In this document: positions 39,658 through 52,969 of the stretch, in pieces
Layout of the letters: the number at the start of each line of letters is the position of its first letter
Numbering within the stretch: the stretch's first letter is position 1
DNA from: Octopus sinensis
Taxonomy: Eukaryota
Assembly (NCBI RefSeq): GCF_006345805.1
Contig: NC_042997.1
Location: forward strand, 49,166,001 to 49,230,000
DNA length: 64,000 nucleotides
Reading direction: 5' to 3'
The notes under the pieces: model-generated
The model's database searches: none
What the model was told of the DNA's origin: nothing
Seen by the model: only the letters and a program-made list of their open reading frames with translations
Program-made: the position numbers and the translations under genes

Positions 39658-39928
39658 GGTACTACTTAAGAAGAGTGGTCCCGGTGCGTGCACTCGCGCT
39701 AGCTAGTCGTGACTAGTCGATCCTTACTTTGTGTTTTTGTTTTATTTACTTTGTTTTAAAAAAAATTATTTACTTTGTTTTTGTGTTTTATTTACTTTGT
39801 TTTAAAAAAATTATTTATTTTGTGTTTTATTTACTTTGCTAGGTAGTCGTTGTAGGATCGACTAGTCACGACTAGCTAGCGCGGATGTGCGAGTACGCGC
39901 ACCGGGACCACTCTTCTTAAGTAGTACC
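39658..39928. mobile_element. CpG-rich MITE with ~67-75-bp TIRs (Merlin-like ends, superfamily tentative)
   Basis: GGTACTACTTAAGAAGAGTGGTCCCGGTGCG is perfectly inverted at the right end. Second IR block CGCGCTAGCTAGTCGTGACTAGTCGATCCT. T-rich core. Confidence 0.85.
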
Positions 39929-40517
39929 CGTTGGTGTATATATATAGAGGTGTACATATATGCACTAACACACATCTATGTATGCGTGTGTGTTTACTTA
40001 TTTACACACACACATACATGAATGTGCAAGTGGGTTTGTGTGAATAGGTTTCTGAAAAAAAAACTTTTGAGAGTTCCAAAGAGAGGGAGGGGGTGGGGGA
40101 CACTAGCAAAGGGGGGAAGGGAAGGGAGGCAACTGTGAGATAAGAACTGCCAAATCCAGATAAGTTTACACAATAATTACAAAGTTGATGCTGATGCTGA
40201 TGATGATGATGAAGAACTGGAAATTAAGCAAGGAATAAAAACTGGAAGAAAAGTAAAAACAACATCTTCGACATAAGAAAATAACAGTTGAAATAAAAGT
40301 GCAACTCTTGTCTTAGCATTTGTTCCCAATCTGGTTGGTGGCCAGTAATAAGAGAATAGATTTCTTTCACAACTCAGCTGGAATGAAATTTTAGGAAAGC
40401 AAGGAGCATGCGTGTGCGCGCGTGAACAGCGTGTGTGTGTGTGTCAGAGAGAGAGAGAGAATGTGTGTATGCTGATGTGTAATAGTATGTGCATGTGTGT
40501 GTGTGTTTGAATATATA

Positions 40518-40931
40518 TATTTCTTTACTACCCACAAGGAGCTAAACATAGAGGGGACAAACAAGGACAGACAAAGGGATTGAGTTGATTACATCGACCC
40601 CAGTGCGAAACTGGTACTTAATTTATCGACCCCGAAAGGATGAAAAGCAAAGTCGACCTCGGCGGAATTTGAACTCACAACGTAACGGCAGACGAAATAC
40701 CTATTTCTTTACTACCCACAAGGGGCTAAACACAGAGAGGACAAACAAGGACAGACAAACGGATTAAGTCGATTATATCGAGCCCAGTGTGCAACTGGTA
40801 CTTAATTTATCGACCCCGAAAGGATGAAAGGCAAAGTCGACCTCGGCGGAATTTGAACTCAGAACGTATCGGCAGACGAAATACCGCTAAGCATTTCACC
40901 CGGCGTGCTAACGTTTCTGCCAGCTCGGCGC
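40518..40931 (-). mobile_element. Family C SINE head-to-tail dimer
   Basis: Full copy 40931-40702 is followed by a copy lacking about 45 nt of 5' end. Confidence 0.9.
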
Positions 40932-41189
40932 TTTAGATTAACTAAATATTGTAAAACATTTATTCTGGTATCCTCACAGCTTCCTGTGAATCAACATTAG
41001 AAACTTACTTTAAAACAAAATTTTAAAATTTTCTAGTTTTTTTGCTTCTTTCTTCATTACTCCAGTGTCGTTACATCTCTCTCACTCTCTCTTCCTCCCC
41101 TTCTCTCTCTCCATCTTTGGGGGTAATATTGATATAGAGGCACAGTGTTAATGTAGACTGTGATGTTTACTTTGGCGTCAAGAGATGCT

Positions 41190-41320
41190 TTCTTATAATT
41201 GAGTAGAAGACCCGAGGAACACATGGGAAGAAGTGGCGAAGGCAGATCTCAAGAGGCGAAACACCACCAAGGAGATAACAAGGGGCGATAACAAGTGGTG
41301 ACACGCTATGCTAGGGGGGG
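41190..41320 (+). mobile_element. Degenerate RTE-LINE C-terminal fragment
   Basis: Translates RRPEEH/RPRNTWEEVAKADLK-like; similar to 26861-27031. Confidence 0.5.
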
Positions 41321-41346
41321 AAAAGCAAAACAATCACACTCATACA

Positions 41347-41743
41347 AGCAGGAGTGGCTGTGTGGTAAGTAGCTTGCTTACCAACCACATGGTTCCGGGT
41401 TCAGTCTCACTGCGTGGCACCTTGGGTAAGTGTCTTCCGCTATAGCCCCGGGCCGACCGAAGCCTTGTGACCGGATTTGGTAGATGGAAACTGAAAGAAG
41501 CCTGTCGTATATATGTATATATATGTGTTTGTATCTGTGTTTACGTGATTGTCCCCCCTAGCATTGGTTGACAACCAATGCTGGTATGTTTACGTCCCCG
41601 TCACTTAGCGGTTCGGCAAAAGAGACCGATAGAATAAGTACTGGGCTTACAAAGAATAAGTCCCGGAGTCGATTTGCTCGACTAAAGGCGGTGCTCCAGC
41701 ATGGCCGCAGTCAAATGACTGAAACAAGTAAAAGAGTAAAAGA
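41347..41743 (+). mobile_element. Family A SINE, full length
   Basis: Consensus-like, tail (GTAAAAGA)n. Confidence 0.92.
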
Positions 41744-42411
41744 GTATACAAGCAGGGAAAAATAGACATGATGACGATGATGATGATTGCATGGCAATGA
41801 GTGGTGTGATGTGGTGGTGAATGCGTGTGTATGTGAGAACATGCATATACATTAAGCTGAATAATTAACATAAATATCTTAATATAACATTCAACAACCA
41901 ATTTTCAAATGAGGCATCTAGTTTATTATACAAGGAGGACACGTAACAGGCTTTCTATGTTCATATAACACGAAATAGCTCAGGTATTATTTGTAACAAT
42001 CTTCAAAACATAAAATTGTGCATATGTGTGTACACACACATATTTGTGTACACACACATATTTGTGTACAAACAGACACAAATACATATAGATGTGTAGA
42101 TTTATAGATGAAAGCATTTCTAAAGTGGTTATGAGGTAAAGTTTGATACCACTGTGAAGTATCTAATTTTGGTCAAGGGTCTTTTATCTCTTTTTCCGCA
42201 TAACCCGGGGCTAAGCTAAAACCTTGAGAGTAAAATTCAATAGTCAGAAACTACACTTTTGGAGTGGTTGGCATTTGGAAGAGCATCCAACTGTAGAATC
42301 CATGCCAAATCAGATTGTAACTGGTGCAATGCCTCAGCTTACCAGTTTTCAGTCAAACCAACCAACGCATGCCAGCATGGAAAACAGATGTTAAATGATG
42401 ACAATGATTAC

Positions 42412-42479
<68 letters not shown>

Positions 42480-42481
<2 letters not shown>

Positions 42482-43142
42482 GAATTTATAGTATACAGTG
42501 CTCAGGTGAACTACAACTTATCAGAAAAAGTAGCTCACAGTGCATAAACAGTACATAGAATAATCAAAGGAAGTGAATAGTAGTAAGTCATTAAAAAGAA
42601 ACAGAATGGGGGCACCAGGTGTGTTGTTGGTGAATTTCAGGAAACATGGAAGTTTTGAACGTTGTAGTGTCCCAACAGCTAACAACTGATGCAGATAGTT
42701 TATTCCATTTATTCCATGCTTCAGCAATTCTGAGTGTGAAAAAGCGTTTCTGAAAGTCATGGATGGTGTTGTCCTTTTATAATTTTGTAAGCATGTCTAC
42801 AAGTGTCAGACATATGGAATTCAAAAAGGTGCCCAAGGCTGTTGTTGCAAAGATGAGGGATCATCTTGTGGGTGTCTACAAAGTCAGTTCCCAGATGTCA
42901 GAAATTTAATGTGTTCATGCTCAGGGAACCAAGAGATGTTCAGTGTATGGTAGATGCAAGACAGTGGGTCTTCGGTTGGTTGCATGTTTCTGAAAGGACA
43001 CTGGTATGCTGAAAAAGGCAGGGGTTCATGACTAGTGATACAAACCCATAATGTGGATGTACCATGGCCATATATAGCTTCAAATTGATAGCTGGAGATG
43101 GACTAACAAAGGTCTTACTGAGTGACGCTAAGACACCCTCAG
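42480..43142 (-). mobile_element. Degenerate CR1-clade LINE 3' fragment, related to 7590-8340
   Basis: GVLASLSKTFVSPSPAINLKLYMAMVHPH, plus a 3' UTR homologous to 8280-8320. Confidence 0.85.
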
Positions 43143-43540
43143 AGAACAGCATTTTGTTTTAGTTGCAGCTCTAAAAGGTGAAGCAGTGGCTTACAGCCTT
43201 TCTGGTGATACAAGTGAAGTGGGGTGGAGGCTGTAATTCAATGCAAATCAAATAATGAAGGGGACTTTGATGCTTACATCTTTCACAGATGTATATTTGC
43301 ATTTGCACAATTTCTGTCTAACAAATTCCGCAAATACGATATTGAGGAAACTGAGATTATAGAAGAAGCCACTCGCCCAAAGTGCCACATAGCAGGATTG
43401 AACCTGGATTTATGTAGTTACAAAGCAAACTTCTTAATCACACAGCCATGCTTGCATCCATCATGATAGTGTGAATACTGAAAGAATGAATGAATGAATA
43501 TTATGATAATTAAATGAAGGAATGATTACAGCTTATTATC

Positions 43541-43709
43541 ATTCTTAGAAGAATGAGAAGCCAGGTTCGAAATTTCCCCCAAGACACCTGATGAAGGCTG
43601 GATGGTATACCAGCCAAAATGCTGTGTTAACAACAAACAAGATGAGGACAAATATCCATCAAATGTAAATAATGTACATAATAACTCATCTCTTAAATAT
43701 AGAACTGTG
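43541..43709 (+). mobile_element. Solo PLE terminal repeat with hammerhead (GAAA mutated to AAAA)
   Basis: GACAC CTGATGA A GGCTGG ATGGTATA CCAGCC AAAA TGCT GTGTT at 43583-43628. Same family as 58441-58568. Confidence 0.8.
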
Positions 43710-44690
43710 TCAGCCATATCAGGCCAAAATATTCTACTTGTTTCATGTTCAAACTGACCAGATCAAACCTCTCACACCTATCCTATAATGCTATTCTAAA
43801 AATAAACATTTGCATCATTGAAATAGCAGAGCTGTGAGATAGTGTGTAATCAACTCAAAACAATGTGAATAAATAGGCATTACTTTTGACAGAGTAATCT
43901 GAATGCTAAAGGGTTAAGTCAAAAACTCATTAAGGAGCATTGGCCATTATCAACTCTTCACCACTGGGTTGCCTTTCTTTCCAAGGTCTTGGTTTTGAAT
44001 TGTCAGTGGTGCTCCTCTAACTTTGCTATTTTCTAGGCAGGGATGTTGGCCTTATGCAAACCCATTTTCATCTCTGGGAAAAGGAGCCCCATATGAGTCT
44101 AGTTTCTGTCCAGCATGAGATGTCCCCAGCCTGGAACTTGTACTCTGCTGTCATAACATTCAAGGTCACTGAGGCATACACACCACCACACCACAACAAG
44201 GATAGGCTCTTGTAAATTTTCTCTCCTTCTCTCTCACACACACATTCCAGAGGTGCAGAGTCCAAAAAGAAAGAAGCTATGTTACTTCTAGCCATACATT
44301 ATAAATAAGCTCTTTCTAAATTTTGTAGTTTAGTTACCAATGAGCCATAGGTGAAACAGAATATATTTTGTTGGACTAACAATTATGGATTATGTGCATG
44401 CACACACACACACACACACACACACAAGTAAAACAGAGGAAGATTATGAATTAAGAGGTAGACAAACAAATAAATATTTAAAGCTTGTAAAGAGAAAAGT
44501 AAAAGATTGAAAAAGCATGGAAAAATTATATGTAATAATAACAATGAAAGACTGTGTACAATGAAAATAAATACGCTAAATGAAAGGAACAGAAGTGGAT
44601 CCAGTGTTTCAGGATATACTCCAATATTAAAGAGGAGTATAAACAAAAAGAGAGGTTCAAGGAAAAGAAACAGAAATAATATTAAATTTA

Positions 44691-44741
<51 letters not shown>

Positions 44742-47278
44742 TATTGAGTGGGTTTAATATTCTATTTATTCCAGTATCTTGTTGCAGAGTAGATTTGCAA
44801 TGGGAACTGAAGATAGTTTAGGATTTGTTGTTGTTGTTCATGCTTTGTAACTCAAAATATAAATGAAAAACAAAATCCAAAAGCATAAAAAATTATTCAA
44901 AAGTTGTCACTAAAGCATTTTCATTGCAAGCCCCAAAAATACAACCCTCACCACTTTGTTTTTATCAAAAAACAAACCTGAAAGAAATGAGTTAATGATT
45001 GATAAAAGTGTGAAGCAGAGACATACACTCAAAGAAAGAAAATAAATTTTAATTCAAGGATTGCCACAAACAAGACACTATCAATATATGCCAAAAATAA
45101 GGGTGTATCCTCTCCCTAAAAAAAAAAAAGGAGGCAGGGTACAAAAAGAAAAAAAAAACATTAAAAAAACATCAACAACTGCCAAATGAAATCATACTTG
45201 CTACTGATTGAGACAAGTGAAGGCAGAGATAAACTCAAAAGAATGCCATTACAATTATAGACACATGAATTTTCAAACAACTCTTTTAACAATCTAGTGA
45301 GGCTGATAGGGTATGAGAACTGATGACTGACTGAACTGGAACATTTTCTTTCTCTCTTCTTGAGAGAGGACATTCAAAACAGCCAAATTAATCAAAAGAA
45401 TATGTGCTTAACTCTTTCAAATTTATAGCTGACAGTATGTGAGTGAAAATTTTTTATATCTGTTACTTCCCCAGTCTCAATCCCACCCATTGAGATAAAT
45501 CACCACAGCAAAAGGTTGGACTGACTCTTTTTGTTCAAGAAGCAAAAGCTTAAAAGCTGAGACCAAAATTTATAGCACAGACTTCCTATGTGTATCTAGA
45601 TTCTTTCAGGCAGCAGATAACAGTAAACAAGTTTTTCTTTGCTTTTTCAGGTATAATTTATTAATAGTATGTAGTGGAAATGGCACGAGTGAAAGTGGGA
45701 AGAAACAAATGATTTATGGAAAATAGTTTGATATTTTATTAAGAGTCCTGAGTTCAAATCTTATGAAAATAGATTTAAATTTGTCTTTTACAGCTCAATA
45801 GTCAATACAATAAATGACATGAATATATATGAATTGATTTAGATTTAATTACATTTTTAGCATTAAAGCCATGGATTAGATTTGTCAAAAATGAAACAGA
45901 ATCTTTATTTTTAATAAACAGCATCATCACTGTTAATATGAGTTGCAGAGTTAATCAAGATAATTAATTGGTATTGACATTTTACAACATATATCTGTGT
46001 TTCACTTTTTCATGTTCAAATTCCACCATGGTAGATTTAACCTATTGATGGTTGGTAGTGTAGTCCTTTTAATGTTACAGAAGTTAATGAAGTATAACCC
46101 TTCTGTTATTTAAAAAATGTACTAATTAAAGGAAACTCTGCTAAGTTACATAGCATTTCTTAATACTTTTTCCTCTAGTAAAACTCTTTAAATGCAACAA
46201 AGAGGAAATAAAAATGATCATTGGATATTAGAAGTAAAAAGTATTTCCAAGAAAAAGTTTAAACTGAAAAAGCTGATAAGACCCAACTAGATGAAAACAT
46301 TGATCCTTTGGGGGTTAGACCTTCAGGGTTTATAATTCAAAACCTGAATCAAAAGCTCAATTGCATCAACCTCACCAGTTTGCAGATGGGGTACTTACAA
46401 AGGTAATGTGAATCATGCTTCCCTTGCCATGTGAATTTTTAAAAGTATTTATTAAAAATATTTTATTATATATTTTAATTGTGGTATTGCCAATCATAGT
46501 CATTGGTCTCTTAAGTACTATATTTCTGACAATAAACTCATTTTATTTTCTCTCTCATCTTTCATTCTGCTGTGAATTAGGGCTTACAGAGTTATAACAT
46601 GATTTTCTTCCAAATCTAGAATTTGAAAATGACATTTCGACTGAGATGTCAAACATCTCTAGCATACAAGTTAGATATTTTTAATATGATAAAATGACAG
46701 CCATTTCTTTTACCCACTTGTTTTCATAATATTTCTGAAGAACTGACCCTTAGAAGTTACTCGTTTAGAAAAAAAATAATAATAATTTTATCTTACCTTC
46801 TTGCCCTAAATTACTAATTTTATCTTATCTTCGTGCCCTAAATCATCAAAGAATTTTGTTATGGTAAATTATTAAGAGGCTATAATTTGTGGAGAGAATG
46901 TATTAATTCTGTCTTCAAAAGAATTCAACAATTAACTGTAAGCGGTTTACCAATTCACTATCAGCTAAGAATAACATGTAACAATAACATGTCACAGGGA
47001 ATATAATAAATATTGATGTATGTATCAAATGTTAAGTGCAGTTGTTTAGCTGATGGGCATGATTTCCAGTTAAATGTAAGTGCTTGAAAAAAGCCATATA
47101 GGTGAACTGTTGTGACTAACAGCAACCAAGATGAAGACTGGTTCAAACTGAGTATTGCCAAGTTGTCACTTGTAAGTGACTATGACTTGCTGGCAAGTAC
47201 CATACTGTTTTAGGTGCCAATTTAGTCATAAACAGACATAAACACCTTCTCGGTCCTCTTGATATTGACCTAGTGGAA

Positions 47279-47470
47279 GGCAGCGAGCTGGTAGAAATGC
47301 TTAGTGATATTTTGTCTGTTTTTATGTTCTGAGTTCAAATTCCGCCGAGGTAGACTTTGCCTTTCTTCCTTTTGGGGTCAATAAGTTAAGTACCAGTTGC
47401 ATACTGAGGTTGATCTAATTGACTGCCCCCCCTCCCCAAAATTTTCAGGCCTTGTGCCTAGAGTAGAAAG
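47279..47470 (+). mobile_element. Family C-related SINE
   Basis: 18-bp TSD GATATTGACC(T/G)AGTGGAA at 47261-47278 and 47471-47488. Confidence 0.88.
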
Positions 47471-50400
47471 GATATTGACCGAGTGGAACAGCTGGAGGGA
47501 GAGGGGGCAGCACCAGCTGCACTAAGCTGATACTCATTTTCACCTGAGTATACAAGAGAAATGAAGTGTCTTGTTCAAGGACACTATGATCTCCCCAGTT
47601 CAAGAATTGAACCTACAACTTTGTGATCATGAAGCTAACACTGTAATCACCAGGCAATGTACATTCACAGTACAAGTACAGCTTTTTCATGCTTGCATGG
47701 ATTAGATGAATATGGAATATGTTATTTTCGAGGCACTGTTTTACAGCTGGATGCCATTCCTGAAACTAATCCATAACAGTTTTTCAGGAAAAGGGATCTG
47801 TAATTTCACATGGGTTTGAAGGTACAAAGTGACCAAAAAAGAATTGACAATACCATCATCATCTACTGTAACCTTTGTACAAGCAATCACAGAATCACAG
47901 ATGCAGTGTTCATCTACCAAATTTACTCAAAAGTAATTGGTCAGTCTCTGGCTATAGTCAAAGACACTTGCCCAAGGTACTGTGAAGAGGTACCAAACCC
48001 AAAATGTCAGGAAGCAAACTCAGCCATACAGCCATGTCTTATGAACTTTTTTTTTTTTTACAATCTGCACTAATGAACTGATTAAGGTTTCAGATAAGAT
48101 TTATTTATTAGTGAAAGAATATTCACGTTTAGGAAGTTGTTTATTCTTATCTTATTTTTTAAATATTTATTTTCCTAATTAGTCAGGTTCACATCTTACC
48201 TATATAAATAAACTAAAATTGTGAAAATATCAATACACAAAAAGTACTTTGTGGACAACCAGACAACCATAAAACTAGAGTACATAAGTTAATTTTGGCT
48301 CAAAAAGCAAAAAGCATATATGTGGTACAGAATAAATGACTTGATACAAGTGAAGGCAATTTGTGAAGTAATAACCCCATTAATAAAATTACTACATTTG
48401 ATAATCCAATGTGGGAATCACTAACTGGTCATTCACTTTCCAGAAATAGCAGCCAAATCTCTCTTTAATCATAGCCAATCATCTTTAAAATAATTAGGAA
48501 GGACACAATGGATAATGTAGTCCTAGATATGTCTGAAAATGAAAGTTGGTGTCATGACTGGACTGCTAGGAAGTATAAGTTTAGTCAAAGATGGCTGATC
48601 AGTAGTTCAACAACAACAACAACAGCAAATTTTATAAGTTAGTTTTATTTTCAAGTTAAGTTTCAGACTCTGCGAAGACAATATTTCTCTTATATCCAAC
48701 AAACGATAATAAATAGTACAGATTCCATTTCAGATGAATCAGCAGCGGAAGTGTTCCAGTAAAATTAATGAAGTATATTAATTGCCTAATTCCATCTAAA
48801 ACATACAAACATGAACAATGAACAATTTACAAACTCTTGGCTCATAGAAATAAATTCCTAGCACAAGCACAAAGCCAGAGATATAGTGAAGAATGTTGTA
48901 TTGTTGAAGAAATCGACTCAGTTTTTGACCCCAGTTTATCAAAACCAGGAGCTGAAACACAAGGTCAACCTCAACAGCATTTGAATTCTAAATATGAAGT
49001 GAAGGACTTGCAAAAAAGAAAAATGATAATATGTCAAATATTGAAGAATAAAAATTAAATCCTCTTCACTTAACTTTATTTTCATAAACCCTGTCACTTG
49101 TCAGAACTAGCATTACACTCTGGCTCACACATATATATACATATATATATACCAGCATGAACAACGAAAATATGACTATGATCATGATGATGATATATAT
49201 ATAAATGACAACAACGTTGATTACTGCTTCTAGTGTTTGGCTATCTCATACAGCACACATCAACACATGCTATTCACAATTTCATTTTATTACCTACAAA
49301 AGAGCTAATTTATAGAACAAGTTCAGAAAACTAAATATAAAAGGGTCTTTATCTACCAAAGAAACTATTTAATGACAGTGAATCAGGAAATGGTGGAAAA
49401 ACTCCATGTATCAATCTTCTAGATTTTAAACATGCTTTATTTAAACACATTGTACATAAATGCTTGGATATTAGATACACCCATTCCAAACTACTGAGAT
49501 TTTTTTTGTTTTTACAGAAATTATTTCTTAATACAGTGAATGAATTTTAGCAAAGCTGTAAAGTAAATAATGAAGATTTTCCTACATAAATACGGATATA
49601 TTAATTAATGTAGGAAATTAGAACAGCTAAGTGTGCTAGACCAAATTATTAATGGAATTCTAGACCATTCTGAGTTTTATGTTTCCAATTCCAAATGCTA
49701 TCAACCTTTCCCCTTGTCATAGGTTAATGAAATAAATAGCAATAATACTGGGATAAACGTTGAGCCAGGAGTGATAGTTTCATAAAACAGCTGAAGGAAT
49801 TTAGCACCAATGGCAATTTCAAAGAATAGCTAACTGAAAGAGCCTCGATAGTAACATTAACAAAGATATTTATGCAGTTGTAATGGTGAGACATTTCAAG
49901 GAAAATCGTTGTGGCAAATATTGTTGTAAGCAAGTCTTGCAAGCTTACCATAATTATTATCTTCAGCCACAGCAAATTCAAATATATGTAAGAAGCTGGT
50001 GAAGTAGAAAGTTAAGGAAAGGAAGAAAAAGTATAAGGGAGCAGAAAAATATATTAAAAAAAAAAGTGTGGAAGAGAAAGAAAAAATAAGATAGGAAAAA
50101 AGTGTTAAGAAAAATTGAAAAAAAATTAAGAAAAAGAAAAGGGATGGGAAAAATTAGGGAATGAAGAAAATTATGGGGGCACATGGAAGAAAAGAAGAAA
50201 TGAGGGGAGAAAGGAAGAACAGAAGAAAAAAAAAACATCTTGTCTTTTTATTCGCCCCAACCCTGATTTAGCGTATTTAGGACAACATTATCCAATGTGC
50301 TCTTTCATTTTTTATGGCTGCAGAGTAAGAGTGAAGGGAGATTTGGCAGTTATTTCTGCTAAGTCTAATAACCGTGTAATGGCTTACTTTAAGACTCAAG

Positions 50401-51381
50401 GAAGACCTAATGTTTTATTGAAAGTCAGCTAGTGAGTTTTCCAATGTGATGATAACGACTTTGAATAATTAGTTAAAGCTGTAATATCATAAATGACCAG
50501 GTCATACACAGAGAGCAAAGGGAGTTGATAAGGAAAACACAAGTGGCTACATACAAACAGATCTTCAAAATTAAAACCACATGTCGTATAATAAGAAAGG
50601 GGCAATTCATCTAAGTATCATACAAAAATACATCTTAATGCTACAGGAGGTAAGTTTAGATCCTGAGCTGAGCTTTAAAATAAAAAAAAAATAATAAATG
50701 ATACCAAAAAACAAACATTAACACTAAGTTTCAGGGGGTGGTTTCTTTCCTTTCTTTTTAAAAATGGCTACACTTGTAAATGAAAGGGCCTTCATCGCAC
50801 TTTCCAGTAGTAATTCCAACTTAAAATATACAGACCTTACTGTAAAGCTGTTATCGAATTCATATAATATAGTAGGACACCAGAAATAGAAATGAATGAG
50901 AAGCAGAAAAAAAATCTCTTAGTTTCATGAAAATATTTTGTCCTTTGATTGACATCAATGAGTGTGCATCACAAGCCAAAGAGAGTCATCTATGTGATAG
51001 CACATCCTGCTAGATATAGCAAAAAGAAGGACATTGGAAATGAGATCATACATACACTCATCATCATCATTTTTATGTTTATGTCATTATTTTTTTTTTT
51101 TTCTCTTTTCTGTGCTAACATGGGTTAAATGAAACTTGATGAGATATATTTTCTATGGCCAGATGCTTTTCCTGTTATCAATCCTTTCCTGCAGAACCTA
51201 TGGAATTTTTGTTTAACATTAGATATAAATAAAACTGTCACCCCTTGCTCAAGCAGTATTATTATGGATACACCAAAATGGCCTTCACATACACAATATA
51301 GATATATAAAAGCTTCCACTCAGTTTCTAAGTCCTATGACTGAAAACAGTATTCAAACACACACACACACATATATTTACA

Positions 51382-51394
<13 letters not shown>

Positions 51395-51416
<22 letters not shown>

Positions 51417-51792
51417 CTAAAGTTGTCTGTCTATGGCAGGTTTGGTAGCCTTCAACTAACACTATCCCCTCCGAGACCCTGCAGTGCAAGTTGACCAAAA
51501 TTGAGAGTATGATAGAAGAAGGCTTGCTCTTCCTTCTGTAGAAGAAAAAAATTCAAATCGGACCATGTTAATGCCAAAAATTATTTACATCAAAAAGGTG
51601 CTTTTTTTCTATGGAAATCCCCATTTTTTAAGATTTTTTGACTGCTGTGTCACCATTTTTCAGTGTATTTCAACCAGAAAAATGTTCACTTAAAGAGAAT
51701 AACAAGCTACATAATGCAAAATTTTTACTTTTCAAAAATTCAAATTCTAAAGAGTCGAAACAAACCTGAGCAACGCCGAGTGATACTGCTAG
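51395..51792 (+). mobile_element. Non-autonomous Helitron, second subfamily
   Basis: Start TATATAAAGCTAAAGTTGTCTGT and end CCTGAGCAACGCCGAGTGATACTGCTAG|T resemble the other two copies, but the interior differs. Confidence 0.78.
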
Positions 51793-52029
51793 TACATATA
51801 TATAACAGATGAAAATGGGTGATCATTGCTGCAATGTATGATTATGCATTTGCACAGGCAAGTCTGACATAAGTGTAGATGGTTCTGGTGAGAAGAAAAC
51901 TGGAACATGTATCATTGAGACTGACTCTGCATTCATCATTGTGTGGGGTGTATTCATGTAGGTGTGTAAGCATATGTGAGTGTATACATGTACATATAAA
52001 TGTGCAGATCTCATACTTAATACTTTTTT

Positions 52030-52520
52030 TTATTTTATTTTATTTTATTTCATCCAGTTTCAGCTCACGAGCTGTGGCCATGCTGGGGCACCGCCATTCG
52101 GTGTTGCTACATGATATTACTTCATGAATGCTTTTTAGCAACTGCCATTCGGTGCATGAGAGAGTTTGATGCAGCTGCCCTCATCTGCACCTCCTGCCAC
52201 GAAGTTGGTTCATCTGGGACACCTGACAGGAAGAGGTCCAGCTTTATTTTGAAGACACTTACATCCACCCCATGCAAGTCTCTCAGGTCCATCAAGAGGA
52301 TATTGAAGAGCTGTGGACCTCTGAAGCCCAGGCTATTGCAGTATCTTGTCATACATCTTGATGGCAAATTTGGAGTCCTTGGCACTATGCAGTGGTGCCC
52401 AGTTCTAGCATTTGTGTAACTCTCGATGCTAAAGTTTGGGACAAGTCCTTTCAGGATCTTCCAGATGTATATTATGGCATATCTTTCTCGCCTACGCTTT
52501 AAGGAATAGAGTCTTAATCT
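52030..52520 (-). mobile_element. 5'-truncated CR1/L2-group LINE, second family, (TAAAA)n tail
   Basis: LRLYSLKRRRERYAIIYIWKILKGLVPN...NSLGFRGPQLFNILLMDLR...FKIKLDLFLSGVPDEP...SNSL. Confidence 0.88.
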
Positions 52521-52905
52521 ATATATATATATGAGATTAAAAAATCCTGATAGATATCAATAAAGCACTTATTATTAAAAGAATCTGGTTAAATGTTCAA
52601 CCAGTAAATGTAAGTAGACTACAATCCCAGGTAAATCCTCATGCAAGACAGGTAAATCCAACAATCTTTTGGCAGAATTTATTTTATTTTAATTTATAAA
52701 ACAATTCCATTATCCAATGACATCACTACGAGTCAAATGAGGAATGTCTTAGGTTGAATTTGATTATTGAGGTGTTTGTTTTTGTTAGCGTTTATTAACT
52801 GCTAATTTTTTAAGATGTTCACTCAGAATTTCACTAATTTTGGATAACTTTGATAATGATATGTATTAACATAAGTTTTCAAGGATATTATCATTAATTT
52901 TAATG

Positions 52906-52969
<64 letters not shown>

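Noticed and set aside
46961-47161. LHLTFDTYI, resembling laminin LHLGKAFDITYV
   Set aside because: There is no further similarity and no fitting splice sites, so it is likely coincidence.
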